In this document: positions 1 through 12,849 of the stretch, in pieces
Layout of the letters: each line of letters starts with the position of its first letter
Position numbering within the stretch: the stretch's first letter is position 1
NCBI GenBank assembly: GCA_018398765.1
Contig: JAHBMJ010000067.1
Coordinates: 1-57,465, forward strand
Source: Chromera velia
Lineage: Eukaryota
DNA length: 57,465 nt
Reading direction: 5' to 3'
The notes under the pieces: generated by a model
Databases searched by the model: none
What the model was told of the DNA's origin: nothing
What the model saw: the letters and a program-made list of their open reading frames with translations, nothing else
Position numbers and translations under genes: made by a program

Positions 1-59
1 CCTCTCTCTATTTCTCTCCCTCCGCCCTCCTTTCTCTCTTTCCCTCTCTTTCTCCCCCC

Positions 60-102
<43 letters not shown>

Positions 103-189
103 CTCTCTCCCCTCCTCACATGAACACAGAGACAAAATGAGTGAGAAAGGGACGCGCAAATGCATAGAAGCATGCAAACGGAAACGCAC

Positions 190-758
190 ACAAGAACTTC
201 TTGCCCCAATTGTCTGACATCTTCTGAGGACCTCCTCCGTTTCCCTCTAAGACCGCGCGACATCATGAAGAGATCACTAGCGGCGACGTAGAAACATTGA
301 AGGGCCGGGAGAGTTAAATCGCAAAAGAGCAAAAACAAAACGCCCAATTCAGAAGTAGTGCGAAGTATTGATCGACCAACCGATAGAAGACTTTCTCCTT
401 GCCCCAAACTTTCCCGGAGTCGATTTCCTTCCCGGTGTGCTGTGTTGCGACTTGTCATTCAATTTTCCCTCCTGCAGGAGAGACCGCCAACGCACACATG
501 CACTCCAAAGGAAACATTACGCAGATCGCGCGCGCGCACACATACACACACACACATACACACACACGCTTCGTCCAGTGGCAGCCACCCACGCACACAC
601 ACGAGCAGAGACAGAGACGGGCACAAAGATAGTACGTGTATTTGTGTGTTTGTGAGAGAGAGGAAGACAGAAAGAAAGCGAGACTGCTACACACACATTG
701 CACTCTCTCTCTCTCTCTCACATATACACACATACACACACATACTTACACACACTCA

Positions 759-795
<37 letters not shown>

Positions 796-960
796 GGACG
801 GACACACGGACACACGGTCACATGAACGGATGGACACACACACACACACACACACACATACACACACACGCGCGCGCGCGCGCGCGCACACACACACACA
901 CACACATACACACACACACACGCATACGCACACACGCAGAGACACACAGGCACACACGCT

Positions 961-1020
<60 letters not shown>

Positions 1021-1042
1021 AGAGAGAAAGAGCTAGAGTGAG

Positions 1043-1082
<40 letters not shown>

Positions 1083-3320
1083 AGAAAGGGGTCACTTTTG
1101 ATGAGGAGAAGCTGTGGCAAAAGCCTGCGAAGGGGGAAAAACTTCCTAGGCAGCATGAAAAAGAAGATTGACAAAACCAGTTTTTTGGCATGTACACTCT
1201 CTCAAAGTGGGCCAAAATCACTCTCAGACTACCCACCTTCGACGCTCCTTCGTTCTGCCTGCCCTTCGTCTGTGGCTCTGTTGCTCCAGAGCTGAGTGTT
1301 CCTGCAAGGAAGATAATTAAATAGAGCAAAAGAGTGTGATACAATTGATGTACTTATCAAAGAGAAGGGTGTGGAGAGGTAAGCGGCGCTTGTGACTACT
1401 CGTACAAAATCTGAGAGGCTCTGAGTCGGAAAACAACTTATACAGTGTCTTTGACTGTAACTTTGACAGATAGACAGTCTATCAGCTGCTGTCATTCCAG
1501 ATGTGACACTGCCCGGCTCACCTTCTCTCTTCACCACGTACTCCAGCGACACGAAAGGCTTTGCCGTGACCTCCGTTCCCTCAGGTTGCTCTTTCTTTGT
1601 TTTGGACTCGACTTTCGTCTTGAGGTGCGACTGCTATCTCAGTGCGATGTCGAGCGCCTGCAAAGGAGGGGATGCAAAAAAAAAAGAGGGACAAGGGATC
1701 CATTCAGAAAAAAAAAAAAGTTCAACAGCATATACCATGAACGCCCACATAGCACAGCGTTACTATCAAGAGAGAATGAATCAGATCCCGACAGATATAC
1801 TGGAGTCAACTTGATTGTTTCATCATTGACTGAACGTCATTGAAACGAAATAAGTGGATCATTCACGAGAAGGCAGAAAGTTTCAAACAAAAAGCAAGAA
1901 CGAGGATTCGAAAAGGGGACACAGGAAAGAGAAATAACAGGAAGAGTGAACAAAACGGACCTCTGCCAGTCGTGAGTGAGAGGAGTTCACGTCAAGGGTC
2001 CTAGAAAGCCAATCCCTCCACTGTGCAAAGATTCTGAACACCATGGCTTTGCTTCTCTCATGTGCTCCCATCTCTGGCCGCTGAAGGATCTTCTGAAATC
2101 CGTCCATCTACACGTCTTGATCCTCCCAACAGAAGTCAAGATCCATCTTCCGGAACGTAAAGTCGCCGAAAGACTTCACGATGCAGACGTAGCGAAGAAT
2201 GATCTCCCCCAAACGTTTCCGATCTTCGGCATCCCTTTCCCTCTCCTCCTCGTCAACAGCCAAAGAAAAGACTTCTTGTATCATGTACTGGACGCAGTCA
2301 AAGACTTCCAATTTGACGGTTGACCTGATGATCATTTGCTCCCCCTCAGTCTCTCCCTTCTTGAGTCTCACCAAAAGGTCCCTCGTGATCACGTCAATCA
2401 GCCTGAGGGAGTCCACCACGTTGTGAGACTGCAGATCATATCTCTTCCGTCTGAGCTCCCTCTCCACAACCTTCATGCATCTCTCGACTGTCAGCGCGTG
2501 GTCTCTCAGATCAATCATGTTGAAACAAAGACAGCGAAGGGCAGTAAAAACGCACATGTGGCCAGCCTCACCCCGGCGGATAACGAGGGCGATCCGCCCA
2601 AAATTCTCAACCACAGTCTGCCTCTGCAGGTGGATGGATTTCTGGAAAAGTTTTTCGGCGACGTCCAGGCAGGACTTGTCGGTCGCCGACTCGGAAGAAT
2701 CTTTTGCACTGTCTTCGATGACCTCAATGAGCTCATTGGAGAGACAACTACCTCCAAACCAGAGTTCTGCATGTTTTTCTATGTGGAGGTTCTTCTGATA
2801 CTGCAACGATACATATGCATGTTCATACAGATGCACAGACACAGAGGTCGTTGAGCGTATGAAAATGCACCACCTATGCGGGTCACTGATTTCATGAATT
2901 GTTTTGATCGCGCCGTGGCGCACATCTCCGTCGACATGCACAGGCGTTCAGGCACTCTCACGTAAACAGATACAAACACATACATAGACGGGGCCAAGAG
3001 TTGCCAGGAATTTGCGGAGGGGTGTCAGAGATTAAAACCAGGCATGCAGGACTGCAGCAGAGAAAGGAAGAACAGACCTCTGTGTATTCATAGTCTTCCA
3101 TGTCAGGTTTGTTCTCCAGAAGGTACTTCCCCAGGATGTACCAGAACTTTTTTGCTGCTTCCGAGACAGTCGCACTTTTGTTCTGCACGAAGTCCCCAAG
3201 GCTAAACGGCATGCTTCCAGGAGAAAAAATTCAATCAACTGTCGCAAAACAGGCAAGTCTGCATGAGACACCGAAATCAAGCAACGCGTTGGAGAGCCGA
3301 TCTGTCAGAGTCAGAGACAT
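190..3320 (-). pseudogene. Multi-exon gene of unknown function with three in-frame stop codons (probable pseudogene)
   Basis: ATG at 3320 gives MSLTLTDRLSNALLDF...ATVD*IFSPGSMPFSLGDFVQNK...DYEYTE. A phase-0 GT-AG intron (~3077-2802) leads to YQKNLHIEKH...WEDQDV*MDGFQKIL...SRLAE, and another phase-0 intron to ALDIALR*QSHLKTK. Stops: TGA 3233-3231, TAG 2110-2108, TAG 1636-1634; the frame is kept across each. Later exons (~1300, ~280-190) are uncertain. Confidence 0.6.
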
Positions 3321-3514
3321 TTGGTTTTTGCCTCAGTTGACCTGCATTCTTTGTGGTGCGCTGAACAAGCCTCTTTTGTGCTCTTATGTGCTCTTCTCGT
3401 GACCGACGAATCTCGTCTTTCGAGCTGGTGTCCCCGTCTATCTGAATTTGTTGTGTGAATTGAAATCCGACACATCAGACGTTTGCATTCCCTCTTCGCG
3501 CGACCTTGCCTGAC

Positions 3515-3615
3515 AGAATCCCGCGTCGACCATGGCCCGCGGGCCCGTCCGGTCCATATCGCGCGCGCCGGCCGGGATGCATGCATGTGCATGCATGCAT
3601 GCCGGGGCCGGAAAA
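3515..3615. promoter_or_regulatory. GC-rich, palindrome-rich island with a TGCATGCA cluster upstream of the left gene
   Basis: ggcccgcgggcc, cgcgcgcg, ccggccgg and atgcatgcatgtgcatgcatgcat lie ~200 bp upstream of the ATG at 3320. Similar islands precede other genes in the window. Confidence 0.4.
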
Positions 3616-3789
3616 TCTGGCTGCCTGGCCGGTTTCAAGGCGCACGGTTTTACTATGGTTTTACTACATTGCATGGAGCTGCATGAAGCATCATGAAGCG
3701 ACGGACCACACTGAGCCACGATCTTTCGACATGTTTGCGGTATATATCGATATATACTCTTCGCTGCTCATGAGTCCACTGGATCCAGT

Positions 3790-5435
3790 TATTAATATAG
3801 CCGCTGCAGACTGACGGATCGCGATCTGTCTCCGTCTTTCCTTGTTTGAGGAAGCCTTTGCGTCTTCCTCCTTTCAGTCGGCCCGGCCGTTGCTTTGGGA
3901 GCAACATCGACAACCTGCCCGTACCTGTCAATTCTTTGCAGTTTCGTCGGCCAAGAACCCATCCTCTCTTCTGCAGCCGCAGCCTTCCCACAATTCTGCA
4001 GTTGAGCCGAGAATTCTTGCGTTTCCGTTGTGGATATGGGCGGTCTCTCTGGGCGCGTCGTTGCCAGTTTCCTGTATATACAGCTGGGCGCCGTTGTCAC
4101 TCAACCTGTTAGATATCATTTAGGTCAGCGCATGACAAAAGCCTGTTTCTCTTCTTCAGTACAAGAATCCTCTCTTTCCTTCCCGTGGTCGAACAACGCT
4201 TGACAAAACAACACCTCCATCCTTACCCTGAATGTTGCTCGATGAATCTTGACCCCTCTGAGTTTGTTCTGTCCGCATGCCTGTTGTCTCTCTTCCTTGG
4301 TTTGCAGCAGCAAGGAGCCTTCTTCTTCGCCCGGCTTGCGCTTCATGACCTTGGAGAAGCAACAATCTCTCTTGATCCTACAGGTTAGTGCGGGCTCAAC
4401 GCGGTTTGTTTGTTCTGCCCCAACTGCGCCACGTCTGCAGAACAGAGAGGCATTAGACCCCGGTCCTTCACAAGCTGCTCCGTACAAGTTTGGCTGGCTC
4501 TCGCAGGCGTTGGCAAAGAAGGGTTTCCAATCGGCAAATGTATCAGCTGACTACTGATGCAGGGTTTCTGATGGATATCTTCCTTTTTCGATCGATCACC
4601 GATCCCCGATCAAGAAGGTAGAGGCATGGCTGCCTTGCCCTTGCATGCAATCGATGGTCACGTTTTGCTTGGTCTTCGATCTTTCCCTCCCACTGAAACT
4701 CCCACGACTGATTGGGAGTCGCAGCGATTCATTTATGACTCTCTTCAATCTGTGCATATGGTGTGTTGCTTACCTGCCTCATCCCCCGACCTTCTCCTTT
4801 CTGCCTGCTTGCATTTGTTCGATCGGAGTAACCTCTGGTGACTGAGCTTTGAGGCCTTGGCGTTCTAGTGGGCGGCGCTGCATGGCGGTGGGGGGACCCG
4901 AACGCGCCCCGCGATGCCTCATCCATCCAAGTGAGTGTGGGCCTTTCAACTTTTCTCCGTTCTCTTTCTCTTTTCTTTTCTTCTTCTCTCGCCTCTATTC
5001 CTAGTTTCTTTGTGCGATAGTAGGCGTGAGTACTCAAAGAGAATCGAGCTGCATGTACTGTCCCGTAGACTTCTTTCTTCTGTTTCATTTCTGTGTCTGA
5101 AAGTCCTTTTGCTCGAAACAGCCGCACTCTTCATCTGTTGAGTTGTTTCTGGTACGACCGCTTGTCTTTCTTCTTCTCCTCTGCTTCTTGCCCTCCTATC
5201 TGCACATATGCAGTCAGAAGGAGACGTACCGGCAAAGAGGCCCGAGAGAGGGTCAAGGAGCATAGAAAGGAATCCTTGGAAGCTCACACATCAGATTCAG
5301 AGTGCGACGAGCTGCATCATGCAGTCTGAGACTCATTTGCTGGACACGCACGGAGTTGGACTTGAGAGGAGAGCCTCAGGGGCACAGCCAAAATCCTAAC
5401 AACCCGAAACAAGCACTTCATCCACCGCTGCAGTG
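3790..5435 (-). pseudogene. Decayed coding relic (degenerate gene or transposon ORF)
   Basis: Long protein-like minus-strand frame (...GGQEAEEKKKDKRSYQKQLNR*RVRLFRAKGLSDTEMKQKKEVYGTVHAARF...) broken by TGA/TAA stops and lacking microsatellites. No diagnostic domain recognised. Confidence 0.3.
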
Positions 5436-5971
5436 AAGCGTGAAACAAGTCGAGGAAGGGAAAAAGAAAAAAACGCAGGAGCTGCATTAGAATAGCAGAA
5501 CCGAGCAGGGGAAGGGAAGGGGGTTAGTTTTTTCACAAGGATAGTACTGGAAGTTGACGGTGGGTCCTCCTGAAGTTGTGGGGAGTGAGGGTCGGACTGC
5601 CTGACTGACTGATTGGGTGACTTGAATGGAGAGAAGAAGGGGGAAAGAGAGCCTGCATTCAGAGCCGTTCGTCCCTCCTCCCTGCTGTCTCTAGCAAAAA
5701 AGGAAAGAAAGGAAGTCTGCATGAGTGACGGCATTCACCTCGATCTATCTCGGTGTTTGCCTCACTTCTTTAATTTCACGTTTACAGCTTCCTTGCCCCT
5801 TCGAATGTCTGCAAGGGGAGAAGAAAGAAGGTGCAACTCCATGTGTTATCATCTCCTGCATTCATTCAGTCGTCCTGGTGTGGACTTCTGCGGGTCCATT
5901 CACCAATCAGATAGGGAACAGGGGAAAAGGGGGGCGGGGGGGGGTTCGCAAGTTTCTCTATTGCTTTGTCT

Positions 5972-6020
<49 letters not shown>

Positions 6021-8133
6021 CTGTCTCTGTGTGTGTGTGTGTGTGTATGTGTGTGTGTTATTAGTGAGTGAGTGATCGTTAGGTTTGTGGATGTGCTTTT
6101 CCCTCTTTCAATCCTTTCTCTTCTTCCTTTCTTATCATTTTTTGTGCTCGCCGTCTGACTGACTTCCCGAAAGAAAGACCATGCGAGACGATCTACTCTT
6201 CTCCGGGTGTGTGTTGCACTCGTCTTCTGTTCCTGTGTGCCTGTGTGAAAGTGAAAGATGAAAGAGAAAAGGGTGGCCAGGGGGGGAGAGCAGCGTGGGA
6301 GAGTGATGGCATTCTTCTTTTCGTTTGTGATTGTCTCTCTTCCATCTGATGCAGCAAAAACATGCACCCACATTCATCGCACTGGGGGGGAGATGCCTTA
6401 CTCTCGTTACTTGGTAGGCACCGTTGTTCTTTCTGTCCCCTGCATCCCTCCTTCCCCCATTCGATTTCTTCCGTGAATTTTCAGCAGACTAGAAGGAAAA
6501 CGGATGGAGGCGGCCTCGCCTTCCTTCACGAGTTGTAGGTGAAGTTGTTTCGGAGAGGGAAGAGAAGAGAAGTACACAGGTGGTCCTTCTTTTTCTTTCT
6601 CTTCTTCATTCGCAGAACACTTCAACATCTTTGTCATTCGCGCCTTTTGCCTTCTGTCGGGCACTCGCGACCGAGCAAGCAAGCAAGCAGCGCAGGAGAG
6701 GAGAGAGTGAAGGAAGGAAGGAGCATGAGCTCGACAAACAGTTGAGGAATTCGCTCCTGGATGGCTAGAGAAAAGGAAGGAGGCAGCAATCTGCCGATTT
6801 GGTGTATGGCTAGCCCCCCCTGTCTTTTCCTTGAGCCTTCGTTCCGTCCTTCTGCGTGCGGAGTGTATATCTTTCTTGCTTTTCTTCCTGCCCTGTTCTC
6901 TTTTCGCCTTCTTCATCATGATCATGGTCACGAATCTCTCCTCTCCTCTCTTCCCCTTTCCACTGGTTTGGATGAATTCAATGAAGAAGAAAAGGGTCGA
7001 TGCGGTCTACATGTGTGTCAATCAGCTTGATTTTCCTTCTTCCTCTGCTCTTTCTTTCTTTCTTTCTTTCTGTCTCTCTTTCGTCTGTTGCTGAGGTATC
7101 CTTAAAATTTTTCTTTTGTCTTGTCTTGCATGTGTGTTCTTCCTTTGGCTGCCCTGTTGTCGGCTGGATTGCCTCATGGCCCGCTGGCTGGGTCTTTGTA
7201 TCTGCGTGTCCATCATCTTTCGTCTGTGTACGAAACGAAAGAGAAAAACGATTGGGGGGTGACCAGAGCAACAAGTGAGCGGCGGTTCCGTCTAGACTGC
7301 ATTTGTAAAGAGGGGGGCAGTTCTCGGCCTCCAGCGGAAAGGGAACGAAAGAAGGAAAGAAGGAAATCTGAAGACGCTTTAATGGTACGAATTTCAAACA
7401 GGGGACAATTTTGACAAAGAGGGGGAGGGGGGGGAGGGGGCGACGGGCTACGATGTGAGCCTGTTTGCGTGTAGTTGCTGGATAGCCTGTTGGAGAGTTC
7501 GTCGAAGGGATGTGAGAAAATGAGAAAGTAAGTCAAAGAGAGGGTGAGAAACGAAGAGGTAGATTGACTGATCGAATGACGGGACCCTCCCGCCATTCTG
7601 GTTTTGGTAGAAAATGAAAGAAGTCTGAAGGCCGATAGAGGAATATGTCAGAGGTTTGTTCCCTTCCAGCTACTGCTGGTGAGGGTCCACTGAGGGAGAG
7701 GGAGCTAACAAAAGGAGAGGCAGGAAGCGGCCTTTCCTCTCTTCTGACAGGCGGACAAGAAGAGCTCGAGTCGGGAATTAATGAAGTCGGAAGCCCTGCA
7801 GACTTCTGGATGAGGAAGAAGTGGCATGCAACTAAGGCTGGTGCCAAGGGAGCCAGTAGCCGTTCTATCGATACCTGCCGACAAGCTTGTCTTAGAGTTT
7901 GTCTTTTCTCTGCCCCTGTTGCATAGCGTGCTGGTAATCTCGTATACTGCTGTGCGAACCACGCAGCGCTTCTAGGAGCACTTACAGTAGCGGCTTACTC
8001 CATTGCAGGTATTAAAAAATTGTTTAAAAACCAGAACCCCTCATGGTAGAAACAGTTTTAAAAACATTTGAATTCGCTAACTTAATTAGCTGTGAGTCTA
8101 CCGTTAGATGACTACCTAGATGACTACGATAGT

Positions 8134-9018
8134 TGTTATGAACCACCCTGGTTCATACATAACGTCTGGCTTGTGTATGTTTGTGTGCGTTATGGGTCAG
8201 CCTCGTACCTTGCGGTGCAACCAGTGCGCCGCCCCTGCAGTGCCTGTCAGTCGGCCCCGGATGGCATGCGTGCGGGCCTATCGCATTCATTGGCCCAGTG
8301 CCACCCACAGTATGGACCTCTTTTCTAACGGCATATTCCTCCTCTGTCTCTGCAATAAGCGATTTCCTCTTGTATCGGCACGCGTTTAACATGTACCTAC
8401 CTTACTTTTTGTCTGGTGTTGTTATCATGTCTTCAGAAAAAGAGAAAGAAAACACCTGATCCAAAGTTTAAGAGAAAAAAAAGTTAGAAAAACGTCTTGC
8501 TCCTCATTTGTCCTCTGTATCTTCTTTAGAGCCTCACCATTGTGTGACTATTTCCTTTTACGTTTGCCCTCATCTTTTCCTCCTATCGCTAGCCACTCTG
8601 TCTCTCCTTCTCATCGTTTGGTCTGATTGCACTGCGAGAGACCTTCACTGGTCCCCAGTCTGTTTGACTTAAGCGTTTTCCTCCATTTCCTTTCTCTTCG
8701 TTTCGGACGTTTCCTCTTCATCAGTCAACCTCTTTCGTCACTCGTATTCACAACGCAGCCGTCCGTGATAAATAAAAAAAAAAAGAAAGAAAGAAAGAAA
8801 AAAAAAAAAGAAAAGGGAAAAGAAAGAAAGAATTTCAAAGAAAAAGAAAAGGGATGTATGTTATGAACCACCCTGGTTCATACATAACGTCTGGCTTGTG
8901 TATGCTTGTGTGCATCATGGGTCAGCCTCGTACCTTGCGGTGCAACCAGTGCACCGCCCCTGCAGCGCTTGTCAGTCGGCCCCGGATGGCATGCGTGCGG
9001 GCCTATCGCATTCATTGG
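8134..9018 (+). mobile_element. TRIM/LTR-like element: two ~160-bp direct repeats (8134-8293, 8859-9018)
   Basis: The repeats begin TGTTATG and end ...CATTCA+TTGG, and differ by six transitions. A purine-rich tract (PPT-like) lies just before copy 2, and TGG (PBS-like) follows the CA. No TSD found. Confidence 0.45.
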
Positions 9019-9252
9019 TATGCAGCGACTGATCGATTGATGTGTATCCTCACACCCAAAGAATGTGATCGTTGTCTTTGTCTGGTGATTGTGCTTGGTA
9101 CTGGACTGACATTTCCTCCTGACTGATGGAGTCCAACGTACGTGAATCTGTCCGCTAAGCCCACTAGTCGATCATACACCAACATGGTTCTTATTAATAG
9201 TAGTATGATTTGATGATGATGATGACTATAGAATGATGATAATATAAAAAAT

Positions 9253-9730
9253 CTGTACAGTACGCATACCAGTGGTGAGTGAAGTTTTTTTTGCCCCCCT
9301 AGAACGGCGCATTTCCGCAAAAAAACTTGTTCTCATAATTGGTAAGGAGTTAGAAGCTGAAACTTTGTGTAAGAAGACGTTGTAACGATAGAAAAACAAT
9401 TATGGAACAGATTTTTTATATCATTTCTAGAAACATAGGCTACCATACAAATTTTTTGATTTTGCAGTCATTTTTTAATGGTTTTCAACAGTAAGAAAAA
9501 CGGTATAAAACTTATAAAATTTATATGGCAGCCTATGTTTCTAGAAATGATATAAAAAATCTGTTCTATAGTTCTTTTTCTATCGTTACAACGTCTTCTT
9601 ACACAAAGTTTCAGCTTCTAACTCCTTACCAATTATGAGAACGAGTTTTTTTGCGGAAAAGCGCCGGTCTTTTATGCAGAGGGGGGGGCAAAAAGCATCC
9701 CACTCGCCCCCGGCATGCGGTACTACACAG
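9253..9730. mobile_element. Foldback/MITE-like element, almost entirely palindromic
   Basis: ~9253-9455 is the reverse complement of ~9515-9730 (e.g. ctcataattggtaaggagttagaagctgaaactttgtgtaagaagacgttgtaacgatagaaaaa vs tttttctatcgttacaacgtcttcttacacaaagtttcagcttctaactccttaccaattatgag). Confidence 0.75.
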
Positions 9731-11469
9731 CTATTCCCAGCTATGTCAGCTATATACGTATGCATACATACAAACAATCTAGGATTCAGACTAGCAAACA
9801 ATCAAATTAGGGGCGCCGCGCACTAAAGATTAATGGAAACCTAGTTTGCAAAGAGGTCTGGGACCCTCCCCCCCTTTTCTTATTTAAATTAGAAACCCCC
9901 CCCTAAATTTGCGCCGTGGCCTAGGCCGTGGCGCGCGTTCTAGCTAGGTCTGGCAAGGCTACCAAGGCATTTTTTTAACTTTTTTTGATAAGGCTGCACA
10001 AAAAAAAATCGGAGGTATGGCGGTACGTGCTTATGCGTACATAACATCACGTAGGGCAAGCATCAAACCGATATGTCACCTTGGATAAGTGTGTAGTACA
10101 ACCTTTTCTTCACCGATGTTCTTCTATAATTAAAGGTCTGTAATATTCTAATTTAAATTTTAGTATGTAATTTACAAACAATTAAATTGTTTTAACAATT
10201 GCACCATAGAATGCACTGAGGGTTGCATACAACACGGATCACCGGGATCAGTAAGGGCTTTCATGCTCGAAGTTCATCCAAAAAGGCGGCTTCAACTTTG
10301 AAGTGACAGTTAGGTTCAGGGAGGTCGATCATCCACGTATATATACAACGTCTACTGGCTTCAACAATAGCTTCGCTCATTCATATCAATAGACCTGCTG
10401 CAGTGCAGCAAGCCCAGTCTGCTGGCTCCTTGCAGCAAGAAGGGGTAGAGTTACAGTCAAAGTTTTTGCCTGGGAGTGGATTGATTCTGGAGAGGATCTG
10501 AGGAAGAGTTAAGTTATCAATACAACTATACAAGATAGTCGGGCATGCAAACAGAGAGGCAGACTGAGAGACTCTCGGAAGATCTCTCAGACAAGCATGC
10601 AGAGTGCATGCACGTCAGACGGCCCGATTCCACTGACACACAAACACAAGAAGACAAGATAGGTAGGGCGAGGAAGGTGACGTCCCATTGACTCAATCGT
10701 GTTCCCACCCAGGAACCCTGTCTTGAACGAACTGCAGAGATCCGCTGTTTGTACGTACGTGCATGAGAGAGACGGGTGCACCGATGCATCCATCAATTTC
10801 GCTTCCTTTTTTCTGGTTGGCGTCTAACTCTATCCATCTGTTTTCTTTCCTGTCTTCTGTCCGGCCGCTTCGTCTGTCGCTGTGAAGCGAAGCTGCCAGG
10901 CAGAAGTGGAATGTCCGTTTCTTCCTTTCTTCCTTCCTGATTTCCTTGCTTCCTTCGTATATTTCCCTCCCTCCCGCCCTCCCTCCCTCCCTCTGCTTTG
11001 CGTGGAGAGTGGACGTTCTCTCTCTCTCTCTCATCGCTTAACTTTCCGTCTTCCTTCGTCGCTCCGACCAACCAATACAACAGTTGAGAGATCTCGTGTG
11101 CGTGAGGGAAAGAAGACTTGGAGAGGGGGAGAGGCAGAGAAAGAGAGAGAGAGTGATGTGGAGAAGCGCCAAAAAAGAGGCGAAATATACAGACAGACAG
11201 AAAGAGCGGCAAAAACCCATCAAGCAATTGAGAAGAGAGAAACAAAAGGTCCAATCGCAACAACAGAGAGGAGATAAGAAAACGAAGCTGCCGCCCGCTT
11301 GATTGATCGATCGATCGATAGATACTTAATCTATCTATCGGTTGTAGACTTTGAATGACGTCAGGTCAATTCATCCCCCTCTGTCTCTGCCTCCCCTCCC
11401 CCCCCCTCTCTTGTTTTCTTCTCTTTTCTTACCCTCTCACTTCATCTCGCCACTTTCTCTTCTGTGCCG

Positions 11470-11504
<35 letters not shown>

Positions 11505-11910
11505 GGTGGCAACCGGGAAGACTATGCATTCATTCCCTCTGCAGTGACCCACCAACGGACCAGACGGATCTCTTCACTTCTAATTCTTTCACCTTTATTT
11601 CTTTCGATTGAATATGGACCATGCGGCGAAACAAAAAGGAGAAGAAGGAAAGAGCGAAGGCGTACTTCCTCCCTCCCTCCCTCCCTCTCCACACAGGCAT
11701 TCCTCCCAACCAACCAACCACGCTGTTCCAACGAACACAAAAGGAAAGGGAGCCAACCGACACACACACACACACACACACCCCACTCCATTCGCAGTGT
11801 CTGTTCGTCCTCGGGGATCTTTTCATTTGTGTCTTCATTCATTTATTCATCGATTTGCTTGTTGTCCCCTCTTCGTTTCTATTCTTCTCTCCTTCTCTCT
11901 CTCTCTTTCT

Positions 11911-12794
11911 CTATTCCCCTCCCCCTTTCTCGTCTTTCATCTTCTCATGAAGCTGCTGGAAAGATTTGCGCAGTTCCTCGATGTCTGGACGGTCCGGCCT
12001 TCCGTAGCCTCCGCCTGCCCCTCCTCCCGAGCTCTCTCTTTCGGCGGTCCCGTGGTCGTCGTCCGCAGGGGGGAGCTGCACAGAGACACAGACAAACAGA
12101 CAGACACAAGAGCAAGGCGACAGTGCACTACATGCGCATGCCGTTTTGGTTTCTGCATCTGTTTAAGCGTCAACGTGGGCGCGTGTGATAGGCAATTGGA
12201 GAAATAGATGGAAAGATACCTGGTGAGAGACTGAGCGCGCCTGAGCGCGCGCGTGTGTATTTGTGTGTCTGTGTCAGCGTGTTTGTGTGTGACGGGGTGG
12301 CTGTGCATGTGTGTGGGCGTTGGGCATCACACCCCGCCCACCCCCTCATTGCTGAACGCCAAATCGCCTGACTGACATGATCTGCTGGGTCCGTCGTGTG
12401 TGCCCGTCTTCCTCTCCTGCTGGTTGACATGGTGATGTCGTTCCCTACAGCGTCGTAGGCTGTCGGGTCCTGGAACCCGTCCGGCAGGTTCTGCTGCTGG
12501 GCTTCGCCGTCCGCTGCCGTCTCCTCCGCCAGGGTCGGGAGGTGGGCCTCCCAAGTCTGCATGGATCGAGGCGAGCTTGAGGGATCGCAAGCTGTGAAAA
12601 AAGGGTGCCTCACGAAAGGAAACGAAAACGAAGAAGCCACCGGACACAAAAGATTACAAATGACAGAGTCCAACGGAAACCGGAGAGAGGGGGGGATGAA
12701 GGAAAAAAGGAGAAACAAGAAATAGACTGAGGAAGAACCAAAGGGAGGATGAGAAAGAAGGGATGAAGGCAGCAAGGAAGGGAGGCAGACAGGC

Positions 12795-12849
<55 letters not shown>

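Noticed and set aside
358..1295. HT/VC/RE-repeat ORFs here and throughout the window
   Set aside because: They are (CA)n and (GA)n microsatellites with no domain content.
1634..2110. Genome-wide reassignment of TAG to an amino acid
   Set aside because: None of the seven intact genes needs an in-frame stop, the oxygenase appears to end on TAG, and the same pseudogene also has an in-frame TGA.
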